IMG/VR virus record: IMGVR_UViG_3300025732_000016
DNA length: 64,000 bases
From: a virus
Taxonomy: Duplodnaviria > Caudoviricetes
Reading direction: 5' to 3' (one strand)
Shown here: positions 1 to 7,222 of the stretch, piece by piece
How the letters are laid out: every line of letters starts with the position of its first letter
Position numbering within the stretch: position 1 is the first letter of the stretch
The notes under the pieces: model-generated
Told to the model about the DNA's origin: nothing
Database searches by the model: none
What the model saw: only the letters and a program-made list of their open reading frames with translations
Translations under genes and position numbers: made by a program

Positions 1-3000
1 CTCCTTGGAGATTTCCATGTTCTTCGCCAGTCTGTCGATTGTTGCATCAATTGGACCGATGTGAAGATCTTTTAGAATCTCGTCAAGCTCATTCATACTC
101 ACAACAGCGTCTCTCACCTGCTCGACAATCTCAGCTTGTGCTGCTTTTGTGAAACTCCCAATAGCTTGCGATGCAGGCTTGATCTTGTCAAAGGTTGTAG
201 TCATCTTTTCATACGCTTCTGGTACTCCAGCTAGTGCCGCTTGCACGTTGGAAGAGTCAATTGCAAATTGTTCTGCGCCTCCGCCGCGATTTATCCAGTT
301 TGACATGTCTCTCATTCCCGATAGAACCCACATGCCAGCGTTCGATATTCTTGTGACTGCCTCTTCGATTGTTTCCTTCCTTGGGACGTCCTTCTTTGCG
401 TTAGTTGTAACGTCCTTCAACTGCATGCCAGACACAAATTGGCTTAGATCTTTGAAAGTGTTCATGACGATGTAGATCTTCTTCGCTTGCTCTCTCATGC
501 TCTTGAGATCCATCGTGAACTGCACGGCCATGAACTTGTTGGCGAGAACCTGGAGCTGTGGACCGATGGCTTCTGTGATTGTCGCGAAGTATCCCTTTAT
601 GTTTGTCATCTGTCGCTTTATGACTTTAGCATCCTTACCGCTTCCGACAACTACGTCATATTGCGGTATTGCTCCAGAGAGTTCAGAGAGCGTTGATCCC
701 ATCGTAGCGATTGCTTCCACGATCTTTCCGATCACTTCCACTCTCTTGGAGAGTTTTGCTAGCTCCTTGGGATCCTTCGGAAGCTTTTCTGCTGCGCCCC
801 TCATCATGTCAATGACTCGAGGTATCTCACTGGTGATCGACTTGATCATTCCGTTCGGTCCAAAGATGACGCTCCTCATTGCGTTGAGAGCATCAATGAA
901 AGCCCTCGCGACACTCGCAGCGGTGTCAGCCTTGCCTTTTTCTATTTTAGGGAGAGCGGACAGGATCCCAGTGAATGAAGAGATCAACTTCGTCGTCATA
1001 TCGACGGCCTTCGCGACCATCTCGAATCTCTTTTGAAGGCCCTCATCGACGGTAAGAGAATTTGCGGCCACTATGATTATCGCGAATGTGCTTGATGCTG
1101 ACTTGCTAATCGTTTGTATGAACGTTCCAAGTGAGTCTATCATCTTCTTAGTGTTCTCTGCCTTCGTAGCAGAGCTTGTGAACCAGCCGCCAGCACTGTC
1201 ATGCACTTTCATGAACATCTCAAGTGCAGGTGCCATGCCTGACATTAGGTTGGCAATGAGACCGACCACCTGATCGACACCGGTGGGAACATTCACGCCA
1301 GCTATTCCCTTCAATGAAGGGACAAGGTCTTTTTCGATGCTCTTGAGAAATCCTCCTATCGCCCTGAATCCAACCTGCATTGGTGAATCGACGAGACCGA
1401 ACAAACCTGCGATGTCATTGGCAATGAGGATTTCTCCCGCAGTTGTCAACAGCACCATCGAATCGATGATCTGTCTGAGAGTGGAAGAAACTCCTGCCAT
1501 GATTTCACCCGCAGACGAGATTTGTGCCCCGTCCATCTTGAACAGCGGAGTTAGTCCTTCTTGGAAGAACTTGCCTATGTTTTTCATAGCGCTAACGCCA
1601 GCCTCTGACAAGGTCCAAGCTCCGAGGAGAGCACCCACCGAAGCTAATCCGGCTAGCGTTGCGTAGCCGAACAGATTGATCACATCACCCAGGGCTGACG
1701 TGGCGCTCTTTGTGAAAGTTGCAACCTCATCGGGCTTGATCTTACTCTTCATCTCATTGATGGTAGTGAAGAGACCGACTTCAAAGAACGTCATGATCAT
1801 GTTGAGGGCAGCGACGCCAGTGCTTGCAAGAAGGGCAGCCCCCACCATCGCGACCACCGCCGCAGCTCCAGCTGCGGTGGTGTAACCGAACGCTATTATC
1901 ACGTCTCCAAGAGCGCTATTCAATGCATCAGTGAAGGCCGTGACCGCCGCAGGATCTATCTTTATCTGACTGGTGATAGAGCTGAGAGTTTCGAAAAAGA
2001 GTCCCAAGTACCCCATCGTAGCTATGCCGAATATAGCGAGTAGCGCTGCACCTGCTGCTGCAATGACTGCTGCAGCTCCCGCGAGTATGACAGCTCCAAA
2101 TGCGATTGCTAGCCAGCCGAGAGACTCGGCGACAGCCTTAGAGTAATCACTCACCGCAGTCGCATCGATTGGCATTTTAGAGACGGTGTCGTCCAGAGCT
2201 TGCATCAATTTGCCGATGCCCCAGAGAGTAGCTGGGCCGAAAAGCCCCAGCAGCCCGGCGGCGGCTGCGGCAAACACGACGGCGCCGCCTGCGATTATAG
2301 TAGCAGCAAATGCAATTGCCATTGAGCCCAGTGCTGCTGCTGTGGCTAAAGAGAAGTCGATTATTGACTTTGAATCGATCGGTCCGATTGAGCTCACGAT
2401 CTGATTCATGATCCCCATGAACTCGCCGAACGCGTAGAGAGAGGCGGCGATGAGACCAAGGCCAAGAAGAGCAGCACCCACCGCGACCCAACCGCCGAGA
2501 GTCATCAGCGCTGCGCCTGCGAGCGCTGCTGCCCCGAAGGCAATGGCAATTGCACCGATGCCGATGGCGGCAGCGGTAGAAAATGCGAGTATTGCGTTGC
2601 TGTCTATTGGACCGACCATCTGGACAGCTTGGTTGAGCGCATAAACGAATAGTCCGAGCGGAACGAGGAACAGGGTCGCAGCTAGCATTCCAGCCGAGGC
2701 TTTCAAGATAGCGCCAGGACTGATGAATTTTGCGGCAAAGGTTATCCCTACGATTGCGAGTATGCCAGCTGCCAGAGCTTCAAGACCTTCGATGAATACT
2801 CCCATGCCGCCGCCTGCTGCGATCAATTTGCCGATAAGAATCATGCCGCCAACCATTGCAGCTGCGGCGACAGTGAGCATTGCAGCGATGGCGAGCATCT
2901 TTGCGCCGGCCTTTGCGATGCCTGTGAGACTGATCTTTGCAAAGCCGTCAATGAAGCCACCCACTGCACCACCCGCTCCTGCTCCCATACCGGGTGGTGC

Positions 3001-5196
3001 AGTGGGAGCTGCCGCCTTCGAAACTGCAGCTCCAAACTTCTTCAAGATCGCGTTCTTCACGACCTCGCCGATGGCTGCCTTCACTCCGCCCGTCACGGCA
3101 CTCATGAGCCCCATCGTTATCGCAAATGTGAGATAGATGCTCATGTACTTTATGATGGTGGGGGCAAGCTTGATTAGCAGAGCCTTGAAGAGATCTCCCA
3201 TCGCCGAAGCAATCTTCGGCAGGACGTCTGCCATCGACGCAAGAATGGGGTCGAAGAAAGTCTGACCCATGGTCTTCGCTTTCCCCACCAGCTGATCTGG
3301 GTTTCTAATAAAGTCTGCAAACCTCTTGATGCCATCAGCGAGGTGCTCTCCAACGATCTTTATCCCGCCAGCTATGATCGCGCCCACAGTCACGAGAAAC
3401 TTTTTGGCCCCTTCTATGAAACCCTTTCCTGCTGAGCTGTTTCTATCAAAAATGTCCGTGAACTTCTTCTTTAGATTCTGATAGAAGTTATCGAGAGCCT
3501 TCTTTGGGTCTTTCTCGAGGTCCAAGAAAAACTTCTTGAAGACTTCTCTAAAGTCGTTGAGAGTCTTTTTGAAATTTCCACCCTTGAAGAACTCGTGCAA
3601 GGCATCGAGCATCTGCTTCACGCCCGGGAACATCTTGACGAACATGTCACCGACTTCCCTACCGAACATGCGCACGCTCCGTAGCGCGCCGCCCATATCA
3701 CGAAGAACTTGGCGCATGGGGCCTGAGCGCTTGATTCCCTCTCCCATCCCACTCAAGAATTGGTTGAAGAACCCACCGCTATACGAAAGAGCCTCAGTCA
3801 TCTTCTTGATGGCATTACCGAGCTCTTCGAACATCTCTTGTTGAGACTTCTGCTTCTTCGCGCTCTTCTCAGACTCATCGCTGAGCTGCTTGTAGGACTT
3901 GCCCATGTTCTTCGTTGAGAGAGCCTGCTCAACGATTGACTCATCAAGACCCGCAGTCTGGGCAAGGAGCTGCTTTTCTTGCCGTGTCATCTGGTCGATT
4001 GACTTGCCTGTCGCTCTGAACGAGTCGCGGAGCATCTGCAATCGCTTGCCCGGATCCTGCTCCTTCATCATCTTCATCGCATCAACTTGCATGCCGAACG
4101 CTTGAGCGAGCTTTGAAGCGTTCGTTGCTGCAGTCTCAAAGTCGTCGAATGCAGCGTTGAGGCTCTCTATCTGCTTCACCTCGAGGCCGAGCTTCTTCAC
4201 GTAAGCAGTTGTCGCTGCGACTTGGGCTGCTGAGAGCTTGCCGTACTTCACTGTATTGGTGAGCATGTACGTCATGTCTCTGGCAAATCCCTTTGTGCTG
4301 AATCCCATCTTCGCAAAGTCTTGAGAAAGTTTTTGGATCGTTCCAGCGAGATCTCCAACCTTCTGACCGCTGACGGTGGCAGCGACAACGAGACCCTTTA
4401 TGTCCTCATTGGCGAGACCCATCCCTGTCTTGAAAACGTAGAGATCTCCAGCAGCCTTGTCAAAATCTTCACCGAGGATGTTCACGACATCGCCGAGACC
4501 CTTGGCAAGATCAGCGGCTGCTTCAAAGCTTGCAGCGATGCCTTGAGGGCCGGTTCCAAAGACGCTGGCGATGGATCTCCCAGATTTTGCGAGAGCTTGA
4601 GAGATCGAAGCCTGCGCACTGATTACCTGCTTCGCTAAGCCACTGTTGAGGTCTCCGAACTCTTCACGAATTCTCTCCTTTGCTTCGAAGATTGACGTGT
4701 CACTCGCCATCTCACCCGCAGCCTCAGCCATCTTATCGAAGACTGTCAGGGGTAGCTTGAGTAAGCTGAGGCCGAGACTGAAGATCCCCTGCCCAATAGC
4801 GGTTATGCTCTTTACGAAGCCCTTTGCAATTGCAGTGGCCTTGCCAAAGCCCGATCCGAAATCATTCGCAAACTTCTTGAATGATTCCTGCGCCTCTTCG
4901 GCCGCAGTTTTCATGTTCTGCGTGGAACCCGTTGCCTTATCAAGACCGTTTACGAGGTCGTTGATTCCACCCGTTGCATTGTCGGCGGCCTTCTTAGCAG
5001 CGCCGAGGCCGGCCCGAATCTCAGCGATGCGCTCAGTGATCTTGTCGATGTCCTCACACTTCATCGCCTTGCAGAACTGTGTTGCAAGCTCTACCTGCGT
5101 TGAAATTTGAGACGTCTGTGCGTTGAGAAGCTTACTTCTCTCTGCGATCGCAGCGTTAATCTGTAGCTGGATTTTGAGGTTTTCAGCGTCTGCCAT
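1..5196 (-). CDS. Tape measure protein (partial, runs off the left edge; at least 1732 codons)
   Basis: Manual translation from the ATG at 5196 (MADAENLKIQLQINAAIAERSKLL...) shows no stop down to base 1. It is Ala/Gly-rich and helical with hydrophobic repeats, has an SD-like GAGG upstream, and lies downstream of tube and chaperone genes. Absent from the ORF track. Confidence 0.85.
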   Translation of the reverse strand, partial: MADAENLKIQLQINAAIAERSKLLNAQTSQISTQVELATQFCKAMKCEDIDKITERIAEIRAGLGAAKKAADNATGGINDLVNGLDKATGSTQNMKTAAEEAQESFKKFANDFGSGFGKATAIAKGFVKSITAIGQGIFSLGLSLLKLPLTVFDKMAEAAGEMASDTSIFEAKERIREEFGDLNSGLAKQVISAQASISQALAKSGRSIASVFGTGPQGIAASFEAAADLAKGLGDVVNILGEDFDKAAGDLYVFKTGMGLANEDIKGLVVAATVSGQKVGDLAGTIQKLSQDFAKMGFSTKGFARDMTYMLTNTVKYGKLSAAQVAATTAYVKKLGLEVKQIESLNAAFDDFETAATNASKLAQAFGMQVDAMKMMKEQDPGKRLQMLRDSFRATGKSIDQMTRQEKQLLAQTAGLDESIVEQALSTKNMGKSYKQLSDESEKSAKKQKSQQEMFEELGNAIKKMTEALSYSGGFFNQFLSGMGEGIKRSGPMRQVLRDMGGALRSVRMFGREVGDMFVKMFPGVKQMLDALHEFFKGGNFKKTLNDFREVFKKFFLDLEKDPKKALDNFYQNLKKKFTDIFDRNSSAGKGFIEGAKKFLVTVGAIIAGGIKIVGEHLADGIKRFADFIRNPDQLVGKAKTMGQTFFDPILASMADVLPKIASAMGDLFKALLIKLAPTIIKYMSIYLTFAITMGLMSAVTGGVKAAIGEVVKNAILKKFGAAVSKAAAPTAPPGMGAGAGGAVGGFIDGFAKISLTGIAKAGAKMLAIAAMLTVAAAAMVGGMILIGKLIAAGGGMGVFIEGLEALAAGILAIVGITFAAKFISPGAILKASAGMLAATLFLVPLGLFVYALNQAVQMVGPIDSNAILAFSTAAAIGIGAIAIAFGAAALAGAALMTLGGWVAVGAALLGLGLIAASLYAFGEFMGIMNQIVSSIGPIDSKSIIDFSLATAAALGSMAIAFAATIIAGGAVVFAAAAAGLLGLFGPATLWGIGKLMQALDDTVSKMPIDATAVSDYSKAVAESLGWLAIAFGAVILAGAAAVIAAAGAALLAIFGIATMGYLGLFFETLSSITSQIKIDPAAVTAFTDALNSALGDVIIAFGYTTAAGAAAVVAMVGAALLASTGVAALNMIMTFFEVGLFTTINEMKSKIKPDEVATFTKSATSALGDVINLFGYATLAGLASVGALLGAWTLSEAGVSAMKNIGKFFQEGLTPLFKMDGAQISSAGEIMAGVSSTLRQIIDSMVLLTTAGEILIANDIAGLFGLVDSPMQVGFRAIGGFLKSIEKDLVPSLKGIAGVNVPTGVDQVVGLIANLMSGMAPALEMFMKVHDSAGGWFTSSATKAENTKKMIDSLGTFIQTISKSASSTFAIIIVAANSLTVDEGLQKRFEMVAKAVDMTTKLISSFTGILSALPKIEKGKADTAASVARAFIDALNAMRSVIFGPNGMIKSITSEIPRVIDMMRGAAEKLPKDPKELAKLSKRVEVIGKIVEAIATMGSTLSELSGAIPQYDVVVGSGKDAKVIKRQMTNIKGYFATITEAIGPQLQVLANKFMAVQFTMDLKSMREQAKKIYIVMNTFKDLSQFVSGMQLKDVTTNAKKDVPRKETIEEAVTRISNAGMWVLSGMRDMSNWINRGGGAEQFAIDSSNVQAALAGVPEAYEKMTTTFDKIKPASQAIGSFTKAAQAEIVEQVRDAVVSMNELDEILKDLHIGPIDATIDRLAKNMEISKE

Positions 5197-5212
5197 TTGA
5201 GTCCCTCACTAC

Positions 5213-5219
5213 TAACTAT
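5213..5219 (-). promoter_or_regulatory. Putative late promoter motif ATAGTTA (tape measure gene)
   Basis: 16 nt upstream of the ATG at 5196; member of the recurrent intergenic ATA[C/G]NTA motif. Confidence 0.6.
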
Positions 5220-5235
5220 GAAAGAGCGAGTGTAC

Positions 5236-5475
5236 TCAAATGTCCCAGTCCTCGCCAGTTACATTCTTGAAACGCTCTGCAGCTCTCTTCCTGCGATCGA
5301 GTGACTCTCTCAGTCTCTCAGGAGATTCTCCCCTGCGAAGGGTAGCGAGCAGGCTTCTCGATGATTCTATTGCCTCGTGAAGAGTCGCAAGGACTCTTGG
5401 AGGTCCAGAAATTTCAAGACTCTTTCTCTTACCGAGAATGTACTCAAGGATGGACTTTCTAAGCTCAGGTTCCAT
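5236..5475 (-). CDS. Hypothetical 79-aa protein between the chaperone genes and the tape measure gene
   Basis: Fills the gap on the coding strand. No SD; promoter motif 5 nt before the ATG. Confidence 0.7.
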   Translation of the reverse strand: MEPELRKSILEYILGKRKSLEISGPPRVLATLHEAIESSRSLLATLRRGESPERLRESLDRRKRAAERFKNVTGEDWDI

Positions 5476-5480
5476 GCAAC

Positions 5481-5487
5481 TAACTAT
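5481..5487 (-). promoter_or_regulatory. Putative late promoter motif ATAGTTA (leaderless gene at 5475)
   Basis: ATAGTTA-GTTGC-ATG, a 5-nt gap with no SD. Confidence 0.6.
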
Positions 5488-5501
5488 TCACAATGTCGTC
5501 T

Positions 5502-5765
5502 TCATGTGAAACGTCTTAATCGTGAAGGAACCTGCTCCCTTGCTCTACTTTGCAGGGATCGAACGTCAGGAGTATTATGGTGAAGAGCTCGTGACTGCCC
5601 TTCACCCTTTTCATTCGTCTTCTTGATCTCCTCGTTGATTCTCCTGATGAACCATATCCTGTACGATATGGGAATGTTGTAGCACTCCCAATAACTGAAT
5701 CCCATATAGTACATCAAGAGGAACGCCTGCTCGAGGAAGATCTCCTTATCACCCGGCGTCAGGCC
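5502..5765 (-). CDS. gp51-like / GT-type tail assembly chaperone C-terminal ORF, probably reached by +1 frameshift
   Basis: The frame is open upstream of the ATG at 5717: GLTPGDKEIFLEQAFLLMYYMGFSYWECYNIPISYRIWFIRRINEEIKK. It overlaps the end of the upstream gene in the +1 frame and has no properly spaced SD. Confidence 0.65.
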   Translation of the reverse strand, partial: GLTPGDKEIFLEQAFLLMYYMGFSYWECYNIPISYRIWFIRRINEEIKKTNEKGEGQSRALHHNTPDVRSLQSRAREQVPSRLRRFT

Positions 5766-6594
5766 AAAAGAAGGACGGTCCCAAAGGGATCCGCACCTCC
5801 GAGCTCTCAGAGCATGAAGGGCAGTCCATGTAAGACTTCATGTCGATTCCCGGCTCAGCCTGATCGATCATCTGTCGCATAAAGAGAGAATCCTTCGCTG
5901 GAATGCTCCTGATGAAAGAATTGATGAGATTCTTGTCGGACTTTCCATCGACCTCTACAAGGCTAAACTGCAGCCTCGTTGTCACGAGATTGTCTGCGAG
6001 ACCGCCGGCCTTCTTCTTTCTCTCCTGGATGACGAGGATCTCCTCTTCATCCGCACCCGTGAGGAACTTGAACTTGACGTTCTTCTTGGTGACTGGAAGC
6101 TGGACCTCGAAAAGATTCTGTCCAATCTCAACAGGCTGCAGATCTAGAGGCTTGAGCTCAAGCTCAGAGAGATTGAAAGTCTGCTTTGACTTGCTCTGGC
6201 AGTGCGGACACTCGATCTCAACGTTGTAATCTGATCCATAGCCGGTCACACGAAGGCCAACCATCAGTGCGTTCCTGTCACCAGAAACCATCTTCGAGAC
6301 ATCAATCCTCTTGTCAACCAGGCAGGACTTGATGAGCTCAGTGATGACAGTCCCCTTCTTAATGAGAGCTCTTGAGGTAAGAATGTCCTCCTCACGAGCA
6401 GTCATCGCTCTCACCTCGACAGTCTCCTTGCCGTGCAAGGGAGAGTCTGTCGGATACACTAGACCCCTTGACGGAAGGGGAATCGACTCCACGGGAATCT
6501 CAAAGCCGAAATCATCCTTCATTACATCGCGAGTGGGGATTCCCATGGGATGACCACCACCGAACACTTGATTACGATCGCCTCTGTCTGACAA
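5749..6594 (-). CDS. T4 gp26-like baseplate hub / tail assembly chaperone (G-type)
   Basis: LPSRGLVYP...MTAREEDILT...LRVTGYG and two CxxC motifs (CPHC, CPSC), ending FFWPDAG. TTG start with GGAGG; located between tube and tape measure genes. Confidence 0.7.
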   Translation of the reverse strand: MSDRGDRNQVFGGGHPMGIPTRDVMKDDFGFEIPVESIPLPSRGLVYPTDSPLHGKETVEVRAMTAREEDILTSRALIKKGTVITELIKSCLVDKRIDVSKMVSGDRNALMVGLRVTGYGSDYNVEIECPHCQSKSKQTFNLSELELKPLDLQPVEIGQNLFEVQLPVTKKNVKFKFLTGADEEEILVIQERKKKAGGLADNLVTTRLQFSLVEVDGKSDKNLINSFIRSIPAKDSLFMRQMIDQAEPGIDMKSYMDCPSCSESSEVRIPLGPSFFWPDAG

Positions 6595-6651
6595 GTAGCC
6601 TCCGGAAAGTTTGTACTTTCAACTGTAGAAACTTTGAGAGGGTGTTAAACA

Positions 6652-6679
6652 AACTTGCCCCACTTTCGCGGGACAAGTT
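6652..6679 (-). terminator. Rho-independent terminator after the tail tube gene
   Basis: AACUUGUCCCGC-GAAA-GUGGGGCAAGUU, a 12-bp stem with a GNRA loop, followed by UGUUUAA. Confidence 0.7.
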
Positions 6680-6694
6680 GCGCGATGCAGAGAA

Positions 6695-7183
6695 TCAGTA
6701 CTGCAGGACGCAGTTATCGAACTGCAGTGTGAGAGCGACTTCCATCGCCTCCTCAGCACCGTAATCGAGGTCGTTGAACTGCGCAGTCGCGATCTGGGCA
6801 CCCTTGATGTCCCAGAGTTCAACCACAGTTCCAACAGGATCAAGCATCTTCAGCTGGATGTCTCTCTTGTAGAAGTCGGCGTAGCCTGCGCGGCCAGAGA
6901 CCGACTCATAGTGGGTCCTCACCCACTCCATCACCTGCTGCGCACCGGAGGGCGCAATCGGGTCGTAGAGGGTGACTGCCATCGTGCTGAACTTCGCCTT
7001 ACCGGCGACGTAGCGGACCGTGTTAATCCAGTGGATTTCCGTTGCCGCCATGTCGATCTGGGGTCTTGCGGTAGTCTTCACCAAGAAAGCGTCGATGCCC
7101 TCAATGGCAAGAACCCATCGGAACTTGCGCTTGGGCTCGAACCTATTGGGAAGCATGTCGGTAACTGACAGTGTCTCGGCCAT
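6695..7183 (-). CDS. gp19: Tail tube protein (T4 gp19-like)
   Basis: 162 aa: FEPKRKFRW, WVRTHYESVSGRAGYADFYKRDIQLKMLDPVG..VELWDIKGA, FNDLDY. Directly after the sheath gene. Confidence 0.9.
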   Translation of the reverse strand: MAETLSVTDMLPNRFEPKRKFRWVLAIEGIDAFLVKTTARPQIDMAATEIHWINTVRYVAGKAKFSTMAVTLYDPIAPSGAQQVMEWVRTHYESVSGRAGYADFYKRDIQLKMLDPVGTVVELWDIKGAQIATAQFNDLDYGAEEAMEVALTLQFDNCVLQY

Positions 7184-7202
7184 TGTTGAACTCCTTATGC
7201 TT

Positions 7203-7209
7203 TATCTAT
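7203..7209 (-). promoter_or_regulatory. Putative late promoter motif ATAGATA (tube gene)
   Basis: 19 nt upstream of the ATG at 7183, before the AAGGAG SD. Confidence 0.55.
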
Positions 7210-7222
7210 ATCGATTCGAGAC

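Noticed and set aside
6600-6650. Sigma70 promoter for the gp26-like gene (TACAGT -10; a TTGAAA nearby)
   Set aside because: The TTGAAA is downstream of the -10 candidate, and the hexamer at the correct -35 spacing matches poorly.
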